Part shown: piece by piece, positions 10,574-20,998 of the stretch | Position numbering within the stretch: position 1 is the first letter of the stretch | Layout: the number at the start of each line of letters is the position of its first letter | DNA from: Candidatus Marinacidobacterales bacterium | GTDB lineage: Bacteria; Acidobacteriota; Vicinamibacteria; Marinacidobacterales; SMYC01 | Length of the DNA: 64,000 nt | Reading direction: 5' to 3' | NCBI GenBank assembly: GCA_965224085.1 | Contig: CBDCYI010000011.1 | Location: 192,001 to 256,000, forward strand | The notes under the pieces: generated by a model | What the model was told of the DNA's origin: nothing | The model's database searches: none | The model's input: only the letters and a program-made list of their open reading frames with translations | Position numbers and translations under genes: made by a program

Positions 10574-12067
10574 CTAGCGCACCTCGATGGCATCGGCAGA
10601 ACCCATATCGTAGTAGAGGGTGAGGAGGAAATCTTCCGTCTCCATGACGAGTCGCTGGCCTTCGAGCTCCGGGCGATCGTCGTAGGGCGAAAGCACCAGC
10701 CGATGGCGCTCGCCCTTTGGACGCGCGGCCGTGTCGAGCACCTGTCCGTCTCGAATGACCCAGTGCGCCGCGATGAGCTTCTGTTCATCGTAAACGCCCT
10801 CGACCACCCCCACCACGGAGTACTCCATGGCCAACATCGCATGCTTGTAGGGGGCGATCGAAACGGGGGTCGGTAACGGCACATCGTTCAGCACTTCGAC
10901 ATCGACGATCAATCGACCGGAGCCCGCCGCGTTGGCCCCACCCGCCGGCGGCGACGTTTCGTCCTTCGGTCCGACCTCCCTCGATTTAGTGACAAAGGCA
11001 GGGCCAGCGGGGTCGATCCACACGTCGGGATAGAACTCCTCCGAGTCGTTGTGCGTGACCTGCGCCCAGCTCTCGACCGTCGTGAAGTCCGCTGCGAAAC
11101 GGCCCACGAAGATCTCGACCTGGCGCCCGCCGGCTCGGACCTTGTTCGCGCCGGGACCCACGGTGTAAGGGCCGGTCATGACCATGAACCGCGGGTGATT
11201 GGTCCATTTCGGATGATAGACTTCGAAGCCCCCGATCCCCGGCGCGTCGTTGATGGTCACCCGCCATCGACGCTCGCGATTAACGTCGACGATGGTGAGG
11301 TTTCGGTGGGACCCGTCGAAGAACCAGAACAAACGGCTGTCATCTGAGGCGAGGGCGGTCCAACACCCCTCGCCGAGCCGACGCCACGTACCGGCGTCGA
11401 GATCGGCCACCCCGGCTGCCGGCCATGGGAAGAGTCCGCCGGCGAACCGCGCGTCGCGCGACAGCTGAAAACTGTTGCCGCTGACCGGTTGCGCATCCCA
11501 CACCGGCTCTGCCGTCGAGGGGTCATCGAGGAGGTGACGGGTGATGAGCCGATATGCCGGCGGGTCTCTGCCCGCTTGCTCCGAGCCGACATACACCCAC
11601 TCGCGTCCGTTGCTCGGATCGCGCCACACCACGAGGCCGAAACCGCTGGCCACTCGCCGCTCGTTCCCGCCATCCCAATCGACGACATAGACGCCGTCGT
11701 CGGACAGCTTCGAGAAGACCGCGCGGTCGCCCGACGGCGTGATGAGCGGCTTCGCATAGTCGGACGGCTCGGACACGATGGATCGTTCCCCCTCATTGTT
11801 CCGAGAATCGAAGCCCATGATGGCCAGTCGCTCATCGTCGTCGGTGCCATCGCCGACCTCACGCGTCCACACCGCGCGCACCCCAGCCCCGGAGAGCCGC
11901 CCCAGCTCGGACCGTGCCCGTATGATCTCGCGCGTCAGCTGAGCGTCGGGCGTGGCCTGGGCCATTGGGGAAGACGCGTCGGATTGGGGATCGTTGGCTG
12001 ACCCGGTACACGCGATACCATACATGAGGAGCAACGCCGTCCAGACGCTCACTATCCGCAGTCGCAT
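10574..12067 (-). CDS. TolB-like beta-propeller lipoprotein with C-terminal domain shared with the AlgJ-like protein
   Basis: Signal peptide ending GIAC; PD40-like repeats (PLITPSGDRAVFS, HPKWTN, YPDVW). Confidence 0.75.
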   Translation of the reverse strand: MRLRIVSVWTALLLMYGIACTGSANDPQSDASSPMAQATPDAQLTREIIRARSELGRLSGAGVRAVWTREVGDGTDDDERLAIMGFDSRNNEGERSIVSEPSDYAKPLITPSGDRAVFSKLSDDGVYVVDWDGGNERRVASGFGLVVWRDPSNGREWVYVGSEQAGRDPPAYRLITRHLLDDPSTAEPVWDAQPVSGNSFQLSRDARFAGGLFPWPAAGVADLDAGTWRRLGEGCWTALASDDSRLFWFFDGSHRNLTIVDVNRERRWRVTINDAPGIGGFEVYHPKWTNHPRFMVMTGPYTVGPGANKVRAGGRQVEIFVGRFAADFTTVESWAQVTHNDSEEFYPDVWIDPAGPAFVTKSREVGPKDETSPPAGGANAAGSGRLIVDVEVLNDVPLPTPVSIAPYKHAMLAMEYSVVGVVEGVYDEQKLIAAHWVIRDGQVLDTAARPKGERHRLVLSPYDDRPELEGQRLVMETEDFLLTLYYDMGSADAIEVR

Positions 12068-12154
12068 CGGTCGACACCCAGTGTCCTGATTCCGAAGTCT
12101 CTTGACATCCGGGCGCATGCTATCGCGGTGCGTACACAAAGATCGCTAGGCGGC

Positions 12155-12463
12155 CTAGCTCGTTTCGTCGTCGAAAACCGATAACAAGTGAGTGACGGCG
12201 AGCCGATCGCGAATCCGTTTAGGGATATTTTGAAGCTTCAAAGTACCTTTTTTGCCGGTGACAATGTTGTGGCAGGTCACGATCTCGCCGATACCCGAGC
12301 TGTCGATGTACGTCAGTTCGGTCAAATCGAGAACGACGTCCCTATGTCCGGTTTGAAGAGCCGTGCCGATGGCCTCTTCGAGAAGCGCGGTGTCCTTGCC
12401 GAGCAGCTTTCCACTCAAGGACAGGACGATGGTTCCTTCGTCGTTTTTTTGCGTGATTTCCAA
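12155..12463 (-). CDS. STAS-domain anti-sigma factor antagonist
   Basis: VVLDLTELTYIDSSGIGE; GAGGAGG RBS before TTG at 12463. Confidence 0.9.
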   Translation of the reverse strand: MEITQKNDEGTIVLSLSGKLLGKDTALLEEAIGTALQTGHRDVVLDLTELTYIDSSGIGEIVTCHNIVTGKKGTLKLQNIPKRIRDRLAVTHLLSVFDDETS

Positions 12464-12720
12464 CGACAGCCTCCTCGACTCCGCACGCCAATCCTTCGCA
12501 AGAGCACACCCGGCGATCCGCTCGAACAGCACGAACGCCGCGACCAAAGATATTGCTTCGCGTCGATGGGTTGGCCGCGAACTTGCTCACGGGACGTATA
12601 ACGCAGCGTCCCAAGAGGAACTCCCACGGAGATACTACCCGGTCAGCGTATTGCGGGCAACTCGTACGGAGCGCCCCATCGAGTGTCGAACGCCATCGGT
12701 TTTTGTGCAACACTACTTCC

Positions 12721-14484
12721 ATGTCACGGCGTCCTCGGCACGAGCCCGAATCCTCCTCGGTGAGCATCGTCTGGTTCCTTGTGCTCGCCGCCTATTGTGT
12801 TGCGCTCCCGTTTCTCCTCGAACTGGCCCTTCCTACCGACTCCTCCGGCCAGCCGTCGGTATGGGAGCTCGAGTCGCCCGGCGCCCGGGGCTTTCGCGGC
12901 GCGGCCCTCGACTTCGGGGTCCGGACCTTGATCCGGATGGTGCTATTCGTCCCCATTGGCTTCTTCGCCGCTTTGACCCTTCCGCGCCAAAGCCGCTGGT
13001 TCCGGCGCCTGCTGACGGTGATTATCGCTGCGGGGATCGCGCTGGTGCTCGTGTTCGTCGTGTCAGGATTTAGCGACGACTCCGGATGGGAAGCGCCCAG
13101 CCTGCTGACGCTCGCCCTGCCTGCTATGGCGGCGCTCGTGGTCGTGTGGATGGGCGCCGGCGCCAGCAACGGTTTCGGTTCGTTCATTCTGTTCTTCCCC
13201 AAGTTCGCCGCGCTCGTGGTCGCTGTTGGGCTCATCGTGGTCGCTTTCTTCTATCTCGCCACCGAGGACTACCCTCTCGATCTGAAGACTCCCCAGCTGA
13301 GCACCGACATCCGGCGCGAGTTCGTCACACGCTTTCGCGGCCACAACCCGATGAAGCTCCGTGCCGGCGAAACGAGGACTCTGACGGTCAGCGCCCAGGA
13401 CCTCGAACGTCTCGCCGCGTGGGGCGTTTCGGTCACGCCGGCCACCCCAGAGCTCGCCATCGAGACGAGCTCTGAGTCCGCATACTTGCAGGTGTCGGCC
13501 CAGGTGCCCTATCTCGGCCGCTACCTCAACGTGAGCGCCGGCGCCTCGGGCGGGGTCCAACAGGGAGAGCTCCAGTTGTTGGTAAGAGAGCTCCGCTTCG
13601 GGTCCATCGAGACGCCCGGCATCCTCCTCAGTCTCATCTCCTCACTCGCGATGAACGCCGCGTCGCACGACGAGGCGGCGCGCTCCGTCCTCGACAGCAT
13701 CGAGGAGCTCAGCTTCGAGGACGACGGCGTTTCCGTTTCGTATCGCCGAATGGACGTTCGCGGCGACATTCTGCCGCGCGTTCTCGCCCGACTCGGACCC
13801 GATGAGGCGGTTCTCGCGGCAGCGCGGGCCCAGCTCGAGCACCTGCACTTGAATGCGCGGAATTGGCCCGAAGATGGACGCCGATTCGAGACCGCAGTGC
13901 GGTCCGCGTTTGCCCTTGCTCACGAGCGATCGGCAGCGAGTAATCCGATCGTCGAGAACAGCGGCGCGATTCTCGCGCTCGCGTCGGTGCTCGGTCACCC
14001 GCGACTACACGTTTTCTCGGGACTCGACGGCTAGGAACGCAGGATTCGTGACGTCCAGGGCTCGCTTCGAAAGGTGAAGCTGCGCGGGCGCGCCGATTGG
14101 ACCCAGCACTTTTTCGTCAGCGCCGGGCTGACGCAACTCTCGTCGGTCGCGGTGAGCGACGCGGTCGGCGTCCTCAAGGAGGAGCTCGACGCCGACATGG
14201 CCGAGGGCGGCAGCGGCTTCTCGTTCGCGGACCTTCTCGCCGACCGGGCAGGAACGCGTTTCGCCGAGCGGTCTACTTACGATGCGGCCGGCGCCGAAGC
14301 CATGCAGCTTCGCCTCAAAGACGGATTCGCCATCGGAGACATCTTTCCCGAGGCCGACGGTCTCAGAGAAGGAATCTCCGACGATCTCCTGAGGGTGCGT
14401 TACGGCGGCGTGGGCGGAGTGGAGTACCAGCAGGTCGCCCGGGATATCGAGAGACGCCTCGCCACTTGCGACGCACTGCGTTGA
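12721..14484 (+). pseudogene. Membrane protein with VanZ-like N-terminus, interrupted by in-frame TAG at 14032-14034
   Basis: VLFVPIGF TM motif; ORF 14074-14484 (QHFFVSA, KEELDA, GSGFSFADLLAD) is in the same frame. Confidence 0.65.
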
Positions 14485-14497
14485 TCTACTTTTTGAA

Positions 14498-15526
14498 CTA
14501 CGATCTCCACAGAGTGAGGGTTTCTTGCCTACTCTTGTCGTTACCGGAAAGCGCAGGCCGGATATCGCAGGCGCTCGCGCGCGACCCTTCCGAGATCGCA
14601 GGACCGAGCCAGGAGCCCGGGACGAGCTCCACCAGCCACGACACGAATTCGGAAGCGGTCGAGCACCTCCGCTGCGGGTCCTTGGCGAGGGCGACCGCGA
14701 AAACCTCCCGCCACTTCGTAGTGTCGAGCTGCATCTTCACGAGACCCGACGGGTGAACGGGATCGGCGTGAACTAGCTTGTAGAGGATGGAATGGACGTC
14801 TTTGCCCGGAAACGGCGTCTCCCCCGACAGGAGCTCGAACGCAACGACTCCCAAGGAGAATAGGTCCGTGCTGCGGGTCAAAGGTGTGCCCAGAACCTGC
14901 TCGGGAGACATGTAGCCCGGTGTGCCAAAGAGCGTCTGGCTTCGAGTGAAGTCCGATCCCATCATCTTGGCCACGCCGAAGTCGGTGATCTTGGCCTCTT
15001 GCCCTTCTCCAATCAAGATATTCGAGGGTTTGATATCACGATGAATCACATCCTGGCCGTGCGCATAGTCCAAGGCGCTCGCCAGCTGTGCCAGGAGCCA
15101 CATGATCTGGTCGAGAGAGTAACGCGCGCTCGTCGTGGCCAAAGCTCCCGATAGGTACTCCATGGCCAGGAAAGGGACTCCATCCTCCGTCTCGCCGATG
15201 TCGTAGAGCGTCACGATATTCGGATGAGAAAGGGAGCCAAAAATATTGACCTCATTGTAGAACCGGCGACGGTAAGAAGTGTAGACGCGCTCCTGTAAAA
15301 CGAGCTCTTCCCGAATCGTCTTGATGGCCACCGTGCGGCCAAGAACCGTATCGAGCGCCCGGTGGACGACCCCCATCGCTCCACGACCCAGTACGCCCTG
15401 TAGGGTGTAGCGGCCGATCCGGGTCGGGATGGCACTCGGGGTAGAGCCCCGAGAACCGGCGTGTTTCTGTCGCCCGCGAAGCGGTCGCTTCAATTCGTGC
15501 ATTGATGTCGACTCCTTGTTGACCAA
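14498..15526 (-). CDS. Ser/Thr protein kinase (cytoplasmic; start uncertain)
   Basis: LGRGAMGVV, VAIK, HRDIKPSN, DFG, GTPGYMSPE. Confidence 0.93.
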   Translation of the reverse strand: MVNKESTSMHELKRPLRGRQKHAGSRGSTPSAIPTRIGRYTLQGVLGRGAMGVVHRALDTVLGRTVAIKTIREELVLQERVYTSYRRRFYNEVNIFGSLSHPNIVTLYDIGETEDGVPFLAMEYLSGALATTSARYSLDQIMWLLAQLASALDYAHGQDVIHRDIKPSNILIGEGQEAKITDFGVAKMMGSDFTRSQTLFGTPGYMSPEQVLGTPLTRSTDLFSLGVVAFELLSGETPFPGKDVHSILYKLVHADPVHPSGLVKMQLDTTKWREVFAVALAKDPQRRCSTASEFVSWLVELVPGSWLGPAISEGSRASACDIRPALSGNDKSRQETLTLWRS

Positions 15527-15771
15527 GCGAGGAGGAGAATCCTATTAAATCACGAAATGGAGTCTCTGGCAACGAATCGGCCCCCGGGGGAACGGACTTC
15601 CTACCGTGTCTTCTTCGTCCAGCGCTTCACTCGCTACGGCGTCAACACTCGGGGTAAATGTCTCGTCTTCCCGCTGCTCGTCTATCGCCGACAAGCGCTT
15701 TCACTTTGTCGTGGATTGATGTATATGGTAGTTCCCCGACGCAAGATTTTGGTGCCAGAAGAGTGTGAGCA

Positions 15772-15981
15772 ATGGCTACCAAGACCGGGGATCCCACGAG
15801 GCCGGCGTTCGTTAGGGACGAGCACCTCGACTATCTAGCAGAGCTTTTCGAAAGCTACGCGGTCGATCCGCCGCGTGCCTCGCTCATGCTGTGCTTGGTG
15901 TTTCGGCTTGGCGAGCAAGAGGCGAAGGCGGTCGTCGAGTTCTGGAGGAGCACGTTCGGCCGCAGGTCAACGCGGTCCTGA
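15772..15981 (+). CDS. Small helical protein of unknown function
   Basis: RPAFVRDEHLDYL...EAKAVVEFWRSTF resembles a small family often seen in phages (recalled, not searched). Confidence 0.55.
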   Translation: MATKTGDPTRPAFVRDEHLDYLAELFESYAVDPPRASLMLCLVFRLGEQEAKAVVEFWRSTFGRRSTRS

Positions 15982-16002
15982 ATCCGGCCGGAACCCCGCG
16001 CA

Positions 16003-16293
16003 CCAGAGCTCTTCGTGATCGCGGACGGCGAGGTGGAAATTCTGAAAGAGATCGACGCCGGTACGACGATGGCACTGGCTCGGTTGAAAGCTGGAGATTT
16101 CTTCGGCGAGATGGCCTTCGTGGACGAGAGCCCGCGCTCGGCGACGGCCGTGGCCCGCATGCGCCTGCATGTCCACGTGCTCCCGTCGGGAAGCCTGGAC
16201 CGCATCTTCCAATACAACGTGGCTACGGCTCTTTATTTCACCAACGTGCTGTGCAAGATCATGAGCCGGCGCCTCGACGTGACGCTGAGATAA
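16003..16293 (+). pseudogene. Cyclic-nucleotide-binding domain, 5' truncated
   Basis: ELFVIADGEVEI, GDFFGEMAF, PRSATA. Confidence 0.8.
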
Positions 16294-16574
16294 ATCGCTT
16301 CGCTGTGAAGGCATACGCCTGCAGCCCGCTCAGGTTCCTAGAGAGCCGCTCGAGGGCCGGACGTCGACACGGACGCCAACGAATCGAAAGCGAGGTTCTC
16401 AATGCACTTTCCTGGGATGCCGTTACGCGCGCCGCATGATTCGAACGGAGACCGCACTCTGGCGACGCGGGCTTGCTTGCCTAACGTCAACTTGACAAAA
16501 CCTGTTGGACTGTGTCGTCACCCTTCAGATCGGGGGTTATTTAGCCTTCCGGGAGCGTTGTTTCGAGGGATCCA

Positions 16575-18901
16575 ATGGCGAACGAGCCGAAAAAGCTAAG
16601 CAAGTACGTCATCGTCGGAGAGCTCGGAAAAGGCGCGATGGGCGAGGTCTATAAAGGACACGACCCCGTTCTTAACCGATATGTCGCGATCAAAGTCATC
16701 GCAGAGACCCTCGATACCGACCCCGATCTCGTCGAGAGGTTCCGGCGCGAAGCGAAGGCGGCTGCGCAGCTGAACCACCCGAACATCATCACCATCTACG
16801 ACTTCATCGAGGACGAAGGAAATCTTTACATCGTCATGGAGCTTCTGGACGGGAAGGATCTCAAAGAGCTCATCAAGAGCGGCGCGCCGCTGACGATGGA
16901 GCAAATCTTCAGCATGATGGAGCAGACCGCCGATGGGCTAGGCTTCGCGCACGAGAACGAGTTGGTCCACCGCGATTTGAAGCCGGCGAACATCCACGTT
17001 ACCAAGAAAGGGCAAATCAAGATTCTCGACTTTGGCCTCGTTCACAACGAGTCGTCCGACATGACCAAAACGGGTCATGTCATGGGGACGCCCAACTACA
17101 TGTCCCCCGAACAAGTTCAAGGCCGCAAGGTCGATCCTCGCTCCGACATCTTTTCGCTCGGCGCCGTCTTCTACGAGCTACTGACACGGAAGAAGCCCTT
17201 CAGCGGTGACTCCATGCACGCGACGATGTTCAAAGTGGTTCAAGGGGATCGCGAGCCCCTCGCGCAGTACACGCATCTGCCGGCAGCGGTCATCCAGATG
17301 GTGGACCGCGCCCTGGACCCGAATGTGGACGGCCGCTTCGACGACGGCAACGCGCTCAGAGAGCATATCCGCAGCATTCGCACCGACGCGCTGGCGAGCG
17401 GAGACGTGGATATGACCATTACCAGCCAAGCCGATCCGACGATCGACATCCCGGGACCCCAGCTGGGCTCGCATCCATCGGGCTCGTCCCCGTCTAGCCT
17501 CGGCACGATGCGGCAACGTGAGATGACAGGAAGGTCGATGGGGGCGGGAGCGTCCACCTCGAAGCCGATCGGTCTGTACGTCGCAGGTGCGGCCGTTGTG
17601 CTCGCGACCGCGGTGGCCGCGTTCTACTTCACGCGCAGCGACGCGGGCGCCGGCCCGAGTGTAGGGGAGCTGAGCCAAGCGCTCGTCACGAGCCAGCAGG
17701 AGCTTATGGCGCTAAGCCTCGAGCAGCGCGACTACCCAGCGGCGCTCGCGCAAGCGCAAGAGCTTCTCGCTTCCGACGCTCAAAACGCGGAAGCGCTTCG
17801 GATACGCGATGCAGCGCAGACAGCGCTCGCACAGATCGACACCGCGGCGAGTGACGCGCGCGCCGCCCTCGAGCGTGGCGCGTCCGAGGAAGCTGCCGAG
17901 GCGCTCGCACGCCTGCTCGCGCTCGACCCGAACCACCCACTCGGGGCGGAGCTCAGCGACCAGCTCAACGAGCATTTTAAAAGCCAGACCGAGCGCGCCC
18001 GAGCGGACATGACCCAAGCGCGAAGCGACGCTTCCTCGGCGGGCGCCACGTCTCGCCCCGAATTCCAACAAGCGGAATCCCTTCGACAGCAGGCGAGCGA
18101 CGATCTCAACCGGCGCGCGTACACCAACGCGGCGCAAAAATTTCTCGCGGCTCGTGACGGCTATCAACAGGCTCGCTCGGCGCACCAGCAAGCCGAAAGC
18201 GCCCTGCGCGCGCAATCGCAACACGCGGCGCAAGCCGAAGCCGAGGCTCAGGCTGGCGCACGCGTCGAGCTCGAAGGCGCCCAGAATGCATGGACGCGTC
18301 TGCGCAGTCAGCCCGACGTGGCCGGCGTGAGCGAGCAGCCGTCCTATCAACGCGCGATGTCGGAAGAAGCCGCCGCGAAACGTCTTGCGAGCTCTGGAGA
18401 TTTGTCGGGGGCCGCGCGAAGCTACCAGACCGCCACCTCCAATCTCGAAGCGGCTCGACGCGAATATCGAGAAGCCGAAGAACGGCGCGCGCAGCAAGAG
18501 GCGCGCCGTGCGGCCGCGGCCCCACCCCACCGCTGCCGCCTCGGCCGCCGGCCACGAGCTCGACGCCGAGCGTCGCTCAAGAAGAGACGGCGATCCGGCA
18601 AGCGCTCTCCAGCTATGAGCGTGCCATCGAAGGCGAGAACCTCGATCTCTTTCGCCAGATCAAGCCCAACTTGTCGGCGGACGAAGCGAAGCGTTTACAA
18701 AGTTCTTTCGACGCGATGGATTCCCATGAACTCGAGCTCGATATCCAGAGCATCGCCATCGAAGGCGACGGGGCAACGGTGAAGCTGACGCGTCGTGACG
18801 TCGTCGTGTTCCGTGGCCGCTCGAACGTGAATAGCAGCGCGCAAACTTTTGTGCTTGCCAAAACTGCAGGGAGGTGGATCATCACTCAGATTGGTCAGTA
18901 G
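16575..18901 (+). pseudogene. Membrane Ser/Thr kinase with TPR/helical repeats and NTF2-like C-terminus; frameshift near 18525
   Basis: Full kinase motifs, TM helix, Ala-rich helices; C-terminal AIRQALSSYERAIE...WIITQIGQ in another frame. Confidence 0.85.
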
Positions 18902-18943
18902 CCCTTCCCCAACCGCGCAAACTATTGAGGAACCAAAACGCCC

Positions 18944-19933
18944 TCACAACCAATTGCGACGTCTGAAGAAGAAGTAAAGCGCGGAGCACGCCAAAGCCAT
19001 GACCCCGAGCACCGCAGGATATCCGAACGTGGAATCGAGCTCAGGCATGTTCTTGAAGTTCATACCGTAAATACCGGCAATCATCGTCGGCACCACCGCA
19101 ATCGCCACCCAGGCCGAGATCCGGCGCATGTCCTCGTTTTGCCGCACGCTCACCTGTGTCAGGTTCGCTTCGAGAACGCTTGTCAAGAGATCGCTGAAGC
19201 CTTCGACCTGCTCGTTGACCCGCAACAAATGATCGTAGACGTCACGGAAGTACTCCTGCACATCCTCGTGCACATGAGGTATGGTCCGCGACGCTAAGTG
19301 GTTGAGCGGGTTCAACAGGGGTGCGGTCGCGCGGTGAAACTCGATCACCTCCCGTTTCAGATAATAGATGCGCTCCGTCGGGTTGGTCCGCTCGCTCGAA
19401 AAAACGGCTTCCTCTACTTGGTCGATGTCTTGCTCGAGACCGTCCACGACCGGCCCGTAGTCGTCCACGACGCGATCCACGATGGCATGGAGGACGGCAC
19501 TAGGTCCGAGAGCAAGAAACTTCGGTTGGGCCTCGAGCGTCCGGCGCGCTTCTTGGAGCCCGCCCGTGTCCCCGTGTCGCACCACTACGATAAACCTGGG
19601 CCCGAGGAAGATCAGTATCTCCCCGAGTTCGACGACCTCTTCGGTGTCGACGTAACGCGCCGGCTTCAAGACGAGCAGCACCGAATCATCGTAACTCTCG
19701 AGCTTCGGCCGCTGATGCGCCTTGATCGCATCCTCGACTGCCAACTCATGGAGGTCGAACTCTCGACGCACCTCTTCGAATTCGTCGCGCGTCGGCTCGT
19801 GGAGCCCAACCCACACGAAGGCGTCGTCGTCGCGACTTTTCCGGAAGGCTGCCTCCGGCGTGAAATTCCCCGGCAATCGCCGTCCTTCCTCATATACTGC
19901 GCAATCGACGATCATCGCTCGCTCACTCGGCAA
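18944..19933 (-). CDS. corA: Magnesium/cobalt transporter CorA
   Basis: AGIYGMNF signature, two C-terminal TM helices, HQRPKLE. Confidence 0.95.
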   Translation of the reverse strand: MPSERAMIVDCAVYEEGRRLPGNFTPEAAFRKSRDDDAFVWVGLHEPTRDEFEEVRREFDLHELAVEDAIKAHQRPKLESYDDSVLLVLKPARYVDTEEVVELGEILIFLGPRFIVVVRHGDTGGLQEARRTLEAQPKFLALGPSAVLHAIVDRVVDDYGPVVDGLEQDIDQVEEAVFSSERTNPTERIYYLKREVIEFHRATAPLLNPLNHLASRTIPHVHEDVQEYFRDVYDHLLRVNEQVEGFSDLLTSVLEANLTQVSVRQNEDMRRISAWVAIAVVPTMIAGIYGMNFKNMPELDSTFGYPAVLGVMALACSALYFFFRRRNWL

Positions 19934-19994
19934 GTGATGGTATCACCGGGAGGTTGGACAAGTTGAGCCGGCGAAGAACTTGGTAGTGGTCTAT

Positions 19995-20452
19995 TTACAA
20001 TTTCTCGCCAGTGGCAATGCACATCTCGGTGCCGAGCTCTTCGAGCTCAACGGCAAGCGCCTTCAGGAAAAGGTTGAACTCGGTCTCCGAGGGACGAAAG
20101 ACGTTGACGAAATCCTTGCCGGCGACAAGCGCGTGGAGCGCAGTTTCTCGCATGCGCTAGGAAGCGTGAACTGCACGCCGTGTAGTGGCAGGCCCTCGAA
20201 GCCCTCCTCGCGTGCCCCGGCGCGCCGGCTCCAAACGACGCGAGCTGCGATCTTGTAAATGCCGAGCTGCTGGTACAAGGAGAGCTTGAGGTCGACGTCA
20301 CTCCCGCGAGCCAGACATCTGTCGGTCACGATGCAGGCACCGGTCACCGACACGTTGGTCAGTACGCCGTAGACAGGCGGCTGGGAATCCATGAAGACCG
20401 CCGCGGTAGCGGCGTGTTTGGGTGCCATCCTTCGAATCGTTCGCTTCTCCAC
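19995..20452 (-). pseudogene. PilZ-domain protein with C-terminal extension; frameshift near 20130
   Basis: GAGGAG RBS then GTG; EKRTIRR (RxxxR) and NVSVTG motifs; tail recoverable by comparison with the paralogue at 4927. Confidence 0.8.
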
Positions 20453-20998
20453 AAGAATGCTCCTCAAAGGGGCGCCGTTGAGCGGCAAGACAGCGGGGAA
20501 ATGGGGGCCGGACAACCCGCACGCAGGCCCCTGACCGAACCCGCTCGCTGGTAACCCGGGCTCGCGCCCGTCATCCGAATCCCAAATCCCCGCGCTAAGT
20601 AAATCCAATACCATCCGCCCATGCGCGACAGGTGCTCGTGTGTGAACTGGCCGCGCCACTCGTGATCCAAGTCCGATGCCGACCGAGAGAGCTCCTTGTT
20701 CTGGCCGTTCATGGGTTTTGATCTCCGGGGTCTATTAGCAAGAGGTGTACCATCGTCGGTTCAGGGTGCGTCTTTCTTGTAGCTGTTCTATTGATGTCGT
20801 TTACGTCTTCTTTGACCTTGGCCATTCCGGGGATCCGCCGGTACGCGCCCGCAAAAGCGGCGCGGCGACAAGAAAGGCGGTGGGGTCCGCTGAAAAAACG
20901 GCGGGGTCGTGAGCTCCTAGCGAACGAGACAGTTCGATCTTCGGGGCGAGAGGGACGATGCCTTCGGCAGGCGCTCCGTGCGCGACCGAACGGTCTCC

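Noticed and set aside
15557-15838. 93-aa ORF between the kinase and the small protein
   Set aside because: No recognisable family; overlaps a better ORF and the likely promoter region
4981-20314. PilZ repeat pair as DGR TR/VR
   Set aside because: Differences are not adenine-specific and include indels; ordinary paralogy
20464-20990. Short ORFs and possible riboswitch upstream of the PilZ gene
   Set aside because: No recognisable protein or RNA motif
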